Assembly (NCBI RefSeq): GCF_006345805.1
Contig: NW_021836295.1
Span: forward strand, 1,965-65,964
Source: Octopus sinensis
Lineage: Eukaryota
Direction of reading: 5' to 3'
DNA: 64,000 nt
A program made the position numbers and the translations under genes. Shown one piece after another: positions 43,098-58,708 of this stretch. The notes below the pieces were generated by a model, which was given only the letters and a program-made list of their open reading frames with translations, was not told the DNA's origin and ran no database searches. How positions within the stretch are numbered: position 1 is the stretch's first letter; every line of letters begins with the position of its first letter.

Positions 43098-45449
43098 CTA
43101 AGTTGATGAATCTTGTTCTCTATACCTTAGCAAACTCTCTTTCTCTCTGTCTCTTACCCCGAAAGCAGCCGTAGGTGGCAGCACCAACAGTCGCCAGTCA
43201 AATTTCCCACGTGTAAAATAGAAAGAAAGAGAGACAGAAGGAAAGTGAGAACTTTGGAAATGAAAACTGTAGTTTGAGAAAAAAATCAAATTAAAATAGG
43301 AAGGGAAAAAAAAAAACCCGGAAAACCTGAAGAAAGGAAAGAAGGGAAGAAACCAGTGAACGTACCAACCAACCAACCAACCAACCAGCTATCCAAATCA
43401 ACCAGCCACCAAACCAGTCAGCTTGCCCGCCGAGTTTTAGGAATATAAAAGGGGTCAGCTCGATGTAAGCGAAAAGGGACATGCAGACGATCATCGGCTA
43501 AGAAATACACTATTGTATTTCTTCATTTACTTGCATCATCACTGAAAATTCTCGTCTCCATTACCGCCACCGCCACCACCAACACCACCACCACCACCAT
43601 CAGAGATCTCTACATAAGAAAAACTACCACAGCCCCTCCATCCCCTACCGTCGTGGTAGCCATTAACCACTTCACATTGATTGACCATCAGCCGTAGGAC
43701 AATCAACGTTCTTTAGTAGCTTTCTCCCCACCCACCTCCAACCCTATACAAAAATGTGCAAATACCACACATTCGCCATCATCGTTCTTAGGACCGGCCA
43801 TCCGCATCTCCGCCAACACCGTCACCACCACCACCACCACCATCAGCACGAACATCAACACCGACTCCACGTTACGAACTACACTATCGGCAACATCAGC
43901 TTCAATATACGCACCAGCACCGCCATAGACAGGCTCCGCTATCTAGAGCTGTCATGCCATCTATAGCATCATCTTTTCCATTAATAGCGCAGCAACCAAC
44001 GATATCACCACCACTGCTAAATATTATGACTTGCCACCACCTCCACCATCATCACCCCCCCCCCCACCACCACCACCACCATCATCACCACCACCAATAA
44101 TACCCACAATATCACCACCGCTAATATTCTCACTTGCCACCACTTTCACCATCACCACCACCACCAATGTCACCAGTACGCCCCACCATGGTCAATATCA
44201 CCACGATCACCACCAACAACTACAATATCAAAAGCGAACGCAACCACAGATAGCACTTCCGTGATCTACATTATCACCCGTTTAACCAATAGCGCCGAGA
44301 CCATCGTCACCACAACCGCCTATATTATCAGCACCACCACCACCACCACCGATATCACCACTACCACCACAACCACCACCACAACCACCACCTCAACCAC
44401 CACTTACCACCATCACCAGCGATAACTCTTCCACAATGACCTCATCCCGCTCTTAACACCGCCACCAATAAACACCGCAACCTTTACCCCCAACCACTAC
44501 GACCCAACCACAACATCACAATTATAGCCACTACCATTTGCCAATACCATCTGCTATTACGCAATTACTCGACCTGCTAGAAATAGGAGCCAAGATCACC
44601 TTCAAATTTCACCCTAATGTTCAAAAATTGCAAGAACTTTAGATGACGCAGTCTACAAGATGGTCACGTTTGGAATGTGCTTGATCGTTAGCTTACGCTC
44701 AATGCTGACCTTAAGCTAAACTACACGCAAGTACAACAACATCAACAGCAACTATAAATACAATAAATACACTACAACCACCATCACATCTAAAAATGCG
44801 TAAGTAGCCTTTAAGTACTCAACCTGCTAGAAAAAGTAACAAAATTTCCCTCAAGCATACCTTACTGTCTTCTATAAGGGCGTGTCACCTTAGAGAGTGT
44901 ACATCTACATATTTCAAGACGGACGGGATAGTCATCATTGAAATGCTTTTGATCATAACTGTGATCGACCCGGGGCTAAAATCTTACTACAACAATAATG
45001 GCTCTCACCACCACCGCCACACTATACCACTGTCAATAACACTTTATCACCACAAAAATAACCACTAACACCACCACCGCCACAACTACTACCACTATAT
45101 ATAATATTATAACCATCACCATTCGATCACCATAGCACCCCCACCACCACAGCCATCACCACCACCACAACCATCCCACCACCACAGCCATCACCACCAC
45201 CACAGCCATCACCACCACCACAACCTCCACTACCACCACAGTCATCATCACCATCACAACCATCACCACCACAGCTATCACCCCACTACCACCACCATTA
45301 CCACCACAATCAATAACATTATAACTACATCTACAACAACTAACAACATTTAAGCCACAGCAATAACAACATAAACAGAACAATAGAACCGACATTATCG
45401 CGGACAATACAACAGCACCAACATCACCGACACAAACACAATAACATCG

Positions 45450-45480
<31 letters not shown>

Positions 45481-45906
45481 CGGCACACAAGCCCAATAAC
45501 ATCGTCAACAGCAGCAACAACAGCAAAGGCCAACGCAATGACCACCAGAGCCAAGTTGCATTTGGCTAAATATTATATGTGACAATGAAAGCTAGACTAG
45601 AATGTCCGGTATAATTGTGAAGAGATTTTATGGCCGGTAGTAATTGTTGTCCAGGATGCGCTGGTTTGTAAGACTGTGTAGTTGCAGCGGAAAATGAACA
45701 ATTATTGAGCTGCATCTGATGTGCACATCTATAAACATTGTATAAACATTAGCACGGTCAGGTTTCTTCCTCGATGTAAATATATTCTTGTCTTCCTCTG
45801 CCTGGGAAAAAAAAGCGGAAATGTTTAAAGAGCAGAGCAGATGCAGTAACAAACAACATACATACATATATACATGCATACATACATACATACATACATA
45901 CATACA

Positions 45907-45942
<36 letters not shown>

Positions 45943-45974
45943 TATATATATGTATAGAAATTAAATATAAAATA

Positions 45975-46290
45975 TAAATTACAAAGTGGGACAAGAACGC
46001 AAAAACACACAAGGAGACGACACAAAAAAACAGACGGGTCACTCGAAGCCTCTAATCTTCAGTCGGGAACCGGATCATCCTAGTAATTTCGGCTGTTTAA
46101 TCTCGATATTACTCCGACTCGGCCAGCCCCAAGGAAAAACCAAGCCACAGGCATTGGATTTCTTGGAAAGAGGGTCGAATGTATATGGAACAAAGACAGG
46201 ATGCCACACGAATATAAATACAAGAAACAAAAATATATATAAAAAACAGAAATAAAAAACACGAATGGTGGACAGTACAAGGACAGGAGC
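45975..46290 (+). repeat. Dispersed repeat, homologous to 52375-52730
   Basis: Shared GAGACGACACAA..CGAAGCC..GATCATC.TAG.AATTT..GGCCAGCCC. Confidence 0.7.
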
Positions 46291-46373
46291 GTCTTACGAC
46301 TTTAGACAATTTTTAACTTATCTTGGCTGGCGTATATGAAAAAAGAGAGAAATTTATACAGATGGCACGTGAA

Positions 46374-46473
<100 letters not shown>

Positions 46474-46553
46474 GTAGAAAGACAAACAATAGATAATAGA
46501 CATCGGGAATGTATTGATAGAATGTATAGATTGATAGATAGATAGAAAGATAT

Positions 46554-46624
46554 GTTTCTTTATTAGCCACACAGGGCTGCACACAGATAGAACAAATTAC
46601 AAGGTAGAGCTTTTCTTTTGAAGG

Positions 46625-46658
<34 letters not shown>

Positions 46659-47315
46659 AGGGGGAGGTTCGATCAAAAGGGATCGTAAAAGGAGTGAAAG
46701 AGGACAAAAATAAGGGGGGTTAAAAAAAAAAAAAAGGGGGGGGGAGGAAAAAAAATGATCAATAGGGATCGTTATCACAGAAATGTCAATATGAAGTGTA
46801 AAGGGGAGGACAGGTGAGGTTTACCCGTGGAAAGAAAAGCCTGCGGAAAAGACCACGGTAACCTCGGTCAATGAAGTCACATTTTATATTTCTTTTTTTT
46901 TTTTTTTTTTTTGCAAATAAGCAACTCTCTGTTTTCGATTTCTGGGTTCATAGGACTATGCTCAAGGTGGCTTCGTCATTCATACGTGCCATTCTTGCTA
47001 CATTCACCCATCTTTTTTTAAAACATTCGCTAGACAAAACTTGCCTCTCTACTCTCACTTCCTTTTCAAGTGGTACTTGAAGAAGTTGATGAGAGATTGA
47101 CCAGAGAGGAAAGTGTTTGTCTCCAATCCTTTCAGACGCGTCCACCAGATACATTCTTTCGCCATAGCCACAAGGATGATGAAAATAGCTCTTCCTTCCC
47201 GTTTGAAGGAAGGAGGCGTGACAATATTGACGATAGACTCAGCTGATAAACCGACTCGTCCCACACGTGACAGCAGTTGTTCGACATAAGCCCACAGGTC
47301 GGAAATTGTTGGACA
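46554..47315 (-). mobile_element. Tx1 copy C, 5'-truncated (ORF2 end + 3' UTR), tandem with copy D
   Basis: Near-identical to 47345-48105 (ORF 47055..47375 matches the D C-terminus). GATA repeats on both sides. Confidence 0.9.
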
Positions 47316-47738
47316 GAAAGATAGATAGATAGATAGATAGATATGTTTCTTTATTAGCCACACAGGGCTGCACACAGATAGAACAAATTACAAGGTAGAG
47401 CTTTTCTTTTGGGGGTAAAAAAAAAGAACAAAAAAAGGAGAGTGGTGGTTTTCGATCAAAAGGGATCGTAAAAGGAAAGAAAAAGGACAAAAAAAAGGGA
47501 GGGGTTAAAAAAGGGGGGGGGAGAAAAAAAAATAAAATAAAAAAATAAAATAAAAAATGAATAATAGGGATCGTTATCACAGAAATGTCAATATGAAGTG
47601 TAAAGGGGCGGACAGGTGAGGTTTACCCGTGGAAAGAAAAGCCTACGGAAAAGACCACGGTAACCTCGGTCAATGAAGTCACATGTTATATTTCTTTTTT
47701 TTTTTGCAAATAAGCAACTCTCTATTAATTTTTATGGT

Positions 47739-48887
47739 TCATAGAATCATAGTCAAGGTGGCTTCGTCATTCATACGTGCCATCCTTGCTACATTCACCC
47801 ATCTTTTTTTAAAACATTCACTAGACAAAACTTGCCTCTCTACCCTCACTTTCCTCTTCAAGTGATACTTGAAGAAGTTGATGAGAGATTGACCAGAGAG
47901 GAAAGTGTTTGTCTCTAATCCTTTCAGGCGCGTCCACCAGATACATTCTTTCGCCATAGCCACAAGTATGATAAAAATAGCTCCTCCTTCCCGTTTGAAG
48001 GAAGGAGGCGTGACGATATTAACGATAGACTCGGCTGATAAACCGACACGTCCCACACGTGACAGCAGTCGTTCGACATGAGCCCACAGGTCGGAAATTG
48101 CTGGACACTGCTCGATTGCGTGCAGAGCGGTTTCGTCGCTCTGCCCGCATCTCGGGCAGGTCGGCCCCGTGTTTCTCGAGCCATGCCTATAGAGCTTATC
48201 CCGAACGGGTAGCGCTTCTCGGTAGCACCGCCAGGCCAGGGATCTCTGGAAGTTGTCCATAGGTCCCGGGCCGAATGTCATTTGAAACAGGCGGGTCAGG
48301 TATTCCTCGTCGACGCCCAGGTTTGCCCCGAGCTCGTCGTCGTACCTCCCCTCCACTAATCCCCTATAGAATGCTTTGGTTGTGTTGAAGTCACTCACGG
48401 TCGACCCGGGACGGCAGAGTTGCTTGAGAGCAACGCGACACTCGCGGTGCCATTCGCCCTTCCTCGGCCTCTTTTTGATCCACGACTGTAGTTCGGTCAT
48501 GGAGACGAGTTGCGGGAATGCGTGCCTCACAAACGGCGACCACACCTGTTCACCGTCGTCTACATAGAGCCAGAGATGTCGCAGTGTCAGCGCGTGTCTG
48601 CGCATCATCAACCACGGCATGCCCAGCCCTCCTTTTAACGGGTGTTGACAGCAAATGGATCGCCTGACCATCGGGACGCATTCTTTCCACAAGAAGCGGA
48701 AGAGGATGCGTTCTAGTTTGGTGATGGTAGGGTCGGGACAAGGTACGACGGTCAGGCGGTAGTAGATGATGGACGCGATGTATTTGTTCACCACCTCCGC
48801 CCGACCTTTTAGGGACAGTTTCCTCTCGGCCCATTGCTGGGCGAGAGTGACCACCCTACTCGTTATCTCGTTCCAGTTCTTCTCCAT
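47739..48887 (-). pseudogene. C-terminal part of Tx1 ORF2 (thumb region + zinc finger), 382 aa still open
   Basis: LSLKGRAEVVNKYIASIIYY, FLW, KGGLGMP and CPRCGQSDETALHAIEQCP are typical L1/Tx1 ORF2 C-terminal motifs. Confidence 0.88.
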
Positions 48888-48905
48888 TTGGAGGTCCGGA
48901 CCGAA

Positions 48906-49860
48906 CTAGACCCCGAGCAACTCAACCGGGCCGTCTGTCCAGCGTCCCACGACGGAGGTACTGGTGGACGGCATGGGCTTGCTTCTCCAGGTGCCGAGCT
49001 GCAAGCCCACTGACTTTTCCCGGTTGATTTTTGCTCCTGTCACCGCTTCGTAGTCTTTCAGTGTCTCGCCGACCCGCTCGATGTGCTCGTGGCTTGACAC
49101 TATGACGGTGACGTCGTCCGCGTATGCAGACACGCTCGTCCCGCATCCCAATTCTCGCGGGATGCCCCTTAGAGTCGCCAGCTTCCGCAGTAGTGGCTCA
49201 AGAGTCAATACGTATAAAAGCGCCGAGAGGGGGCATCCCTGACGGACCGAACGTGCAATGTCGAAAGGTCTCGATAGATGTCCATTTACGCGAATTACCG
49301 ACGGATGCCTCTGTACAAGGCAGCTATCCAGCCGCGGAAGACGGGACCGAAACCAGCCGCTCTCAGGACTGCCTCCAAGTATCGATGGTCTACCCTATCA
49401 AAGGCTTTCGATTGATCCAAGTTGATCAGGGCCCCAACCATGCCAGGTTCGTTAACTACCCTGTCTATGCTGTAGCGCATCAGATGGAGGTTGTCATGGA
49501 TGATCCTCCGGCCGGCACGGCGCACGTTTGTGCGTTGTCGACCAGTTTCTCGATGACAAGCGCCAACTCTTGGCTAACACCTTTGTCAAAATTTTCAGGT
49601 CTGCATTGAGCAGCGTGATTGGTCTAAAGTTATCTATAATGTTTCCCTTGTTTGGATCTTTCTTCTCGACTCACAAAACGGGTATGCTCCCGTTTTGCTG
49701 CCAGTTGCAGTATACCGCTGCCAAGACGTCTCCAAACAAGTCTGGCATACAATTGTAAAATCGTAGGGTAGACCATCCAAACCCGGTGATTTGTCCCTCG
49801 AGCATTCTGCTATCGCTTCCTGCACACTTCCGCCGCCGTGATGGCACCTTCGCAGCACCC
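48906..49860 (-). pseudogene. Reverse transcriptase domain of Tx1 ORF2, frameshifted
   Basis: RDKSPGLDGLPYDF, RPITLLNADLKILTKVLA, LDQSKAFDRVDHRYL, SVRQGCPLSA, SAYADDVTV. The TAG at 48906-48908 is in frame with the next ORF and probably derives from TGG. Confidence 0.92.
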
Positions 49861-50399
49861 TGCCTTTCTTGTCGAGAGTCGTGGCAGGCTATGTAGGTAG
49901 GCACTGAAGTCCACCCTACGTTCTTGCCCTCCACTCGTCCCGAACAGTCGGGCAAAATGCTGCTGAAAGGCCTCACACATTTTACTTGGCTCGCGCAATT
50001 CGCGCCCCTGTTCATCTACCAGTGACCGAATGGTGGCTTTGTTGCCCTGGGCCTCTGCCACCCGGCCTCTCTCGCGGCTCCAACACCTTCGTTCCTTAGA
50101 GCAAGCCATCCTAGCTCTGACAGCACATCCTTCGTGTTTGGCGTTGAAGTGTTGGTCGAGGGCCAACCTCGCCGCCAAAACGTCGGATGCGATGCCGCTT
50201 CTAATTGCCTCTTCTAGCTTCTTAGCTAGCTCACCCTCTACTCTATTTCTATCTATGGCTAGTGCTTTGCTGTACCTAATCGCTTCTGCTTTTACTGCTC
50301 TCTTGAGGGCAAACCACCATTTGTTGTGATGATGGCTCCCGTCAAAGCCCTCTTTACTAGTGTGCTAATCCGGTCTCTGAAAACTTGTCTGGACGGGAA

Positions 50400-51310
<911 letters not shown>

Positions 51311-51371
51311 CAACAGATATCTGGAATGTATTGATACGGAAAGTTGAGTGTACAATATACATGATGCATTC

Positions 51372-51640
51372 AAGTCGTAGCTCCACAGCTGTTTCGAGAA
51401 GCCGACGACCGATTGATATAACAATGCATATTATGCAAGCACGTGCAATATTAAGGCAACATTGTATGTAAAGGTTAAAGCAAATGAAAATGTATCAACT
51501 GCTGATATTTACAATTCGATGCTGCAGAGTCCCTGCATTCTGTTCAGAAGATGAAAGTTACCGACAATGTTGCCATGATATTGCACAGGCATCCGTGTAC
51601 AGTCGTCGAGTATTCGAAACAGCTGTAGAGACATGACTTT
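51372..51640. repeat. Element with about 38-bp imperfect terminal inverted repeats
   Basis: CTCCACAGCTGTTTCGA..CGACGAC versus GTCGTCG..TCGAAACAGCTGTAGAG. Confidence 0.65.
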
Positions 51641-51925
51641 ACTAAATCTTGTAATTTGTACACGCACATTTTCATATAAATACGTTCCTTACAGGCATTA
51701 TTGTTTGGCTGTCTTTTGCATTCTATAGCCCCTCAATATTATTCGTTCTTCTTGCCAACATTTCTACCTTTCGATTACAACAACCTGATGAGGAATTAGG
51801 AGTTTAAGATCTTGAGCTCTCTTAGCACTACTTGGTTGCTACCTTAAAATACCATTCGAATATATATTATTACGATATTTACCCTAACTTATATCGGCAC
51901 AGGTCGATATAGACCCGTATATATG

Positions 51926-52028
<103 letters not shown>

Positions 52029-52054
52029 TGTATGTATGTATATATGTATGTATG

Positions 52055-52099
<45 letters not shown>

Positions 52100-52374
52100 C
52101 AATAATATATTCCTATTAATATTATTCCTAACTTACAGGGAAAAATTCAATTTAGAAATACTAAATCAAATTTCACAAAATATAATATATATATAAAGAT
52201 TAGAAAAGAACCACCTTTTTAATATATATTATTGTTATTTTGTATTTAATATTTCTATTATATGTATTTTCTAGATGGTGTAATTTAATTGTTCATTTTG
52301 AATTGACTAAAGGTGTTTTTTTCTAATTTATATATATATATATATATATATAGGTAAACAGTAAAAATAATTAC

Positions 52375-52730
52375 AGACATGGACAAGAACATGAAACACC
52401 ACAGAGACGACACAAGAACCACAGGACGGGACATTCGAAGCCCTCAGTCATCAGTCAAGAACCAGATCATCTTAGCAATTTCCGGCTGATTAATCTTGAG
52501 ATTGCTCCGATATGGCCAGCCCGCCAAGGGAATCTAAGCCAAGCGCATTAGATCCCCTGGAAGAAAGCTTCGAATGTATACAACGCGAGGACGGAAAACG
52601 AACGAAGTACATAAACAAAAATACAGAATACGTGACACCAATAAGAATACAAAAACGTAAAAACAATAACGGTAAAAATAAAAATAAAAAATAAACAACA
52701 AAACAAAACCAGGACGTAGGACAAGTATAT
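52375..52730 (+). repeat. Dispersed repeat, homologous to 45975-46290
   Basis: Same shared motifs; visibly diverged. Confidence 0.7.
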
Positions 52731-52740
52731 ATATATATAT

Positions 52741-53074
52741 GAGAGACCCCCTTCGGCCATGAGTGACTTTGGGATTGCACCAAGAAAGTTACCCTCCCAG
52801 GCTCAAGTCCGGGCAAGGTTGTTTATAGAAGACCAGCAGTCACTCATGCATACCGACCCCCTCTCTCCACGCCACCAATGTTATCCATGCGAAAGGCAAA
52901 GGCCGATACAGCTTAGCACCAGTGATGTCGCAACTCATTTCTACAGCTGAGTGAACTGCAACAACATGAAATAAAGTGTCTTGCTCAAGAACACAACACG
53001 CAGCCTGTTCCGGGATTCGAACTCACAACCTCACTCGTAAGCTCCACGCTGTAACCACTAAGCCATGCGCCTTC
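52741..53074 (-). mobile_element. SINE family S4 with tRNA-like head
   Basis: Minus strand GGCGCATGGCTTAGTGG..GAGTTCGAATCC. Confidence 0.75.
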
Positions 53075-53420
53075 ACACACACATACGCGCACACACACAC
53101 ATGCACACACACACTCACACACACACATACACACACACACATACACACATATATATATATATGTCTTTTCGTGTGTATGTGTATATAGATGTATATAGAT
53201 ATACATGTGTATGTATGTATGTATATGTGTGTGCGTATCCGTTGATAAATCTGTGCGTGTGTCTGTCTGAGTGTGTATGTGTGTGTATAGGATGGTGTCG
53301 AAGATTTGCCGGTCTTACACTAAGTAAGGCCTATGAAACCCAAATGAAGAGACATCAGGCACAATGCAGAGGCTATTGAGAAAGCATCTGGATGGCTCTG
53401 TGTGAAATGAGGCAATCCGT

Positions 53421-53924
53421 AAATTAAGGACCAGTTACGCACTGGGGAAGATGTAATCGACTTAATCCGTTTGTCTGTCCTTGTTTATCCTCTCTGTGTT
53501 TAGCTCCCTGTGGGTAGTAAAGAAATAGGTATTTCGTCTGCCGCTACGTTCTGAGTTCAAATTCCGCCGAGATCGACTTTGCTTTTCATCCTTTCGGGGT
53601 CGATAAATTAAGTACCAGTGACTGGGGTCAGTGTAATCGAGTTAATCCGTTTGTCTGTCCTTGTTTGTCCCCTCTATGTTTAGATCCTTGTGGGCAATAA
53701 AAAATAAGAAACGTTAGCACGCCGGACGAAATGCTTAATAGTATTTCGTCTGCCGCTACGTTCTGAGTTCAAATTCCGCCGAGATCGACTTTGCCTTTCA
53801 TCCTTTCGGGGTCGATTAAATAAGTACCAGTTACGCAAGGGGTAGATATAATCGACTTAATCCGTTTGTCTGTCCTTGTTTGTCCGCTCTGTGTGTAGAC
53901 CCTTGAGGGCAGTAAAGAAATAAG
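53421..53924 (+). mobile_element. SINE S2 trimer
   Basis: Junctions GAAATA|GGTATTTC (about 53527) and AAATAA|GAAACGTTAGC (about 53707). Confidence 0.8.
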
Positions 53925-54314
53925 AATGCCGCTTGGACATAGGCCCATCCTTGATCACCTTCTGTCGGGTCACCTACATACGGGTGAAACACCATTGGCC
54001 CCCCCCCCAAGGTACAATGCTGACGTTGTATTGAAATATGCCATGTAACTCTGAATGTGTGTGTGTGTGAGAGAGAGTGTGTGTGAGAGTGTGTGTGTGT
54101 GTGTGTGCGTGTTTCTCAAACTAATATAATAATGCGTGTCAAAGAAATGTAATAATTGCTCTAATGATATTAACGACAAATAACAATGGCATCAGCAACA
54201 ATAACACTGAAAACGAAAAGAAATCATAAACAATAACAAAACAGAGCATCAAAAACAACGAACAACAAGCGATGGCGGCGGCGACGACGAGGACAGCGAG
54301 AACGTGGCGATCGT

Positions 54315-54355
54315 TATGATGATGATGATGATGGTGGTGGTTGTGGTGGTGGTGG

Positions 54356-54391
<36 letters not shown>

Positions 54392-54430
54392 CGACGACTA
54401 TGGTGGTGGTGGTCGTCGTGGTGGTCGTGG

Positions 54431-54525
<95 letters not shown>

Positions 54526-54755
54526 GTTGTGATGATGATGATGATGATGATGACGACGACGACGACGGTGGTAGTGCTGGTGGTGGCGGCGGCGGCGGCG
54601 ATGACGACGATGCCGGTGGTGGTGTCGGTGGTGCTGGTGGTGGTGGTGGTGCTGCTGCTGCATGTGCTGATGACGATGATGATGAAGATGATGATAGTGG
54701 TGATGATGACGACGATGACGACGATGACGACGTTGACGACGACGATGATGACGAC
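54315..54755. repeat. (GAT/GGT/GAC)n triplet tract
   Basis: Direct reading. Confidence 0.95.
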
Positions 54756-55599
54756 CCGTTGCATTCATCTTTAAGAATAGAACGGCAGGGGTATTTGACG
54801 AATGACATCTCAAATACTGCAACTTTTCGACATTTATATCAGCTAAATTCATGTCCCCAATGGCTGTCTCCCAGCACACAAAACAAAATAAAAGAATAGT
54901 AGAAAAATATTGTTGTTGCTTTTTTTTTAAATATTTTTGGTTGATGTTGTTGTTTTGTTCCCTAGTATTTCTATTGAGTTGACCGACATTTGCATAAATA
55001 CTTCCTGACATTTGGTCTATGACCCCCTGATATTTACCGAATCAAATACATGCAAATACGCGTCCGTGTACGTTTGCGTGCGTGTCGGTGTACCTCTGCT
55101 CATGAGCATATAATCCAAATAAAATATACATGCATACATACATACACACATATATATATATATGTGTGTGTGCGTGTTTGTGTGTATATACACACGTGTT
55201 TGTACGTGTTTCTATGCATGTATGTATGTATGTATGTATGTATGTATGTATGTATGTATGTATGAACATGCTTCTCAAACTATGTATATTTTATAATATC
55301 GATACGATTGTATAAATCTCAGAAATGAGTAGATATCATATTTGCCTTCATAACAGAGTTTTCATTGCATTAGAAATTATAGTGTTAGTCATGTGAACCC
55401 CATTTTTTTTATACACACTCACACACATATACACATATGTATACGCATTGTAAGTGTTTTACATACTACTCACAATGTAACGACAAACAAATGTTATATA
55501 GGAAACCTCATGAAAAACTTATATTGTATACGTTTAAAAACCCTCCCATAATTTTCAAAAATCTAGTCCATAATTTTATTTTATTTTATTTTATTTATG

Positions 55600-55905
55600 T
55601 GCCCTTTTCAAGCCTAGCCAGGCTCATGGGCCCGGTTTCCCGATTTCTATGGCGTATGTGTCCACCCCACCAGCTTGACAGGACGCCAGCCCATCGCAGC
55701 GTTACTCAAGAAACAGGAAGAAAGAGTGAGCGAAAGTTGGGGTGAAAGAGTACAACAGGGGTCGCCACACCCACTGCCGGAGCCTTAGGAAGCTATAGGT
55801 GTTTTTACTCAATAAACACACACAACGCCCGGTCTGGGAATTGAAACCGCGATCCTCCAACCGCGAGTTCGCTGTCCTAACCACTGGGCCATTGCGCCTC
55901 CACCT
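55600..55905 (-). mobile_element. SINE S3-type head with a different tail
   Basis: Head matches 1260-1402; tail resembles 36710-36760. Confidence 0.7.
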
Positions 55906-56322
55906 AGTCCATAATACGAGCAGGTATAGCTTGCATCTGCCTCTGCTGAACCTGACTAGACTAAGACACGAGATGTTTGCAAATATATAGACATGATTAA
56001 ATAAACACTTAACCCTATGCCACCTACGACAGGAAAAGACGACGTAATATTGGTTTAGCCTGCGGTGTACACCTCGCTTGGATATTTACCACTTCCGATA
56101 TTCTGCTGGTTACGAAACACGTGTAGTCCGGATCTTATCTACTCCGTTCTTTAACTCTTGTATTCTTATTCGCATGCCCGATAATCCTGGTCGACAAAAA
56201 CCCACAGCCATCCTTCTCAATAAACCACTACTGTCCCTGAAAGATGTCTTTTATATTTTCTACGGATTGCTTGCAGAGGATTCTTCCTATACCTGATCCT
56301 TGGATCTGATATAGATAGATAA

Positions 56323-56398
<76 letters not shown>

Positions 56399-56399
56399 A

Positions 56400-57192
56400 T
56401 AGATCTTTTATTTATTTCGGTCATTAGACTGCAGCCATGTTGGGGCTCGCTTTGAAGAACTTTCATTCGTAAGAATCCACCCATCTACTTATTTTTTAAG
56501 CTTCGTTCTTACTCTCACACAATTTCCATTTACCAAATAAAATTCACAGAACATAGGTCGGTCCGGCACTATAGCAGAAGACACTTGTCCAAAGTGCTGC
56601 TCATTGGAGCTGAACCCGCAAAAGACGGGCTGCAAGCCAACCTCTTAAGCACACTGCCATGCTTTCGCATATTTAAAAAAAATTCAATCAAGGTACTACC
56701 GTAGAATTAGCCTTTGTTCTTAGAATTGCTGTCAGATCTTCGTAAACATACGTGAGTCTGCAAAAATGTATCAAGGATAATCGATGCCTCGTGTGATATA
56801 TCATAAAAGAAACGGTCGAAAGTTTTCTTGCGAGTATCGCTGAATGAATGACTTTCGACTTGGTAAAATGTTCAGTTACTTACCAAACGCATATCTTCAG
56901 TCAGCCTTCTGTACAGTGTGACGCATGCGACAGAATACATCGCTTTTTAAAAAAAGCAATGATTCTTTCCGTCATTGGACTGCGGCTATGCTGGAGCATT
57001 GTCTTGAAACGCTTAATCGAATAAATCAACCCAGTACTTATTTTCTAAGTTTGGCTCTAATTCTACTAGTTTTTTTCTTTCGTTTTTTTTTTCTTTGCTG
57101 AACAACGAGGCTACAGAGGTCTAAAAAACAACAGCACTGGCAATCCAGTACTATGGGGGTACACAGAGACATATACACACGCACAGACAAAC

Positions 57193-57249
<57 letters not shown>

Positions 57250-57360
57250 TGTGTGTGTGTGGTGTATGCATGTATGTATATATATATACATGCACACGCA
57301 CAGGCATATATATATATAATATTATATATATTATACATACATATATATATATATATATAG

Positions 57361-57391
<31 letters not shown>

Positions 57392-58290
57392 ATATATATA
57401 TAATGTAAACATATATACGACGGATTTCGACGAACTTTCCATCTACCAAATTCACTCACAAGGCACTGGTTGCCCGGGTCTATAGCATGAGTTGTCCAAG
57501 TTTCTGAGCAGCAGGGTCGACCCCACCAGACCACATGGTTGCAGCTCGAGATTTTTAAACACAAAACCATGGCTGCGCCTGTGGTGAAAACAAAAATAAA
57601 GAGAACTGAAAACGGTATAACCAAAACACTTCATGAGCTTGCAGGCCGTTGTGATGGGGTGAAAGTCAGAAAAGCAAATGTTTCTCAAAATGTACTAAGA
57701 GCCTATCCCTGAAATGTTGAGCAGATGTGGAGAATACTGACGACGCTTTGGCAGAGTATCATCATTTACCAACAATGCTTTGCCGCGTCTGACTAGACTG
57801 GAATTGCATTCCCAACCACATGGTTCCGGGTTCAATCCCACTGCGTAGCACTTTGGGCAAGTGTCTTCTATTAGAGCCTCGAGACCGACCAAAGCCTTGT
57901 GAGTGGATTTGGTTGACGGAAACTGGTAAAAATCCAACGGATATATGTATTTTTTTTTATCTAGTTTCAGCTCATGAGCTGTGGCCATGCTGGGGCACAT
58001 ATGTTAGTGTCTTTGTGTCTGCGTTTGTTCCTCCTCTTCCACCACCACCACCACCACCACCATCATCGCTTGACAAGTGATGTTGGTGTGTTTATATCCG
58101 AGTAACTTAGCGGTTCGGCCAAAAAGTTCAATAGAAGTATTAGGCTTACAGAGTATTAGGCTTACAAAGTACTAAGCTTATAAAGAATAGGTCCTGGGGT
58201 GGATTTGTTTGACTAAAACCCTTTAAGGCGGTGCTCCAACATGGCCGCAGTCAAATGACTGAAACGTGTAAAAGAATAAAAGAATACAGG
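56400..58290. mobile_element. Cluster of diverged S1 copies (two minus, one plus)
   Basis: S1 motifs at about 56400-56665 (-), 56960-57580 (-) and 57810-58290 (+). Confidence 0.6.
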
Positions 58291-58568
58291 TATGTCAAAT
58301 ATAATACAACATAAATCCTTCGTTATTTAAACTATCACCTTCTTTAGAAGAAATTAAATGGCAGTTATAACAGCCAAAATAGAGAATTTTGTCTTGTGAA
58401 GTGGAGCTGGCAGATCTTATTTGTTATTTGGTAATTGTGATACATCTTTTAGAAGCAGTCAGTAGCTTTAATTAATCGTGAATTTATGTTGTATGGTATT
58501 TGATGTACCTGTATTTGTATACGTTGCTCAAATATATGACACTGGCCACGCTGAGTTATTACTCTTAG

Positions 58569-58626
58569 CTCATTTATGTTTACATTGGAATAGCTGCTCT
58601 ATCGCTTCTTCTGAAAGGATTTGTTG
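58569..58626 (+). CDS. Candidate exon encoding a hydrophobic segment (LIYVYIGIAALSLLLKGFV)
   Basis: Acceptor TTACTCTTAG and donor GTAAGC. Confidence 0.3.
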
Positions 58627-58633
58627 GTAAGCA

Positions 58634-58708
<75 letters not shown>

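Noticed and set aside
54139-55011. 290-aa poly-His ORF
   Set aside because: (CAT)n triplet tract open in several frames on both strands.
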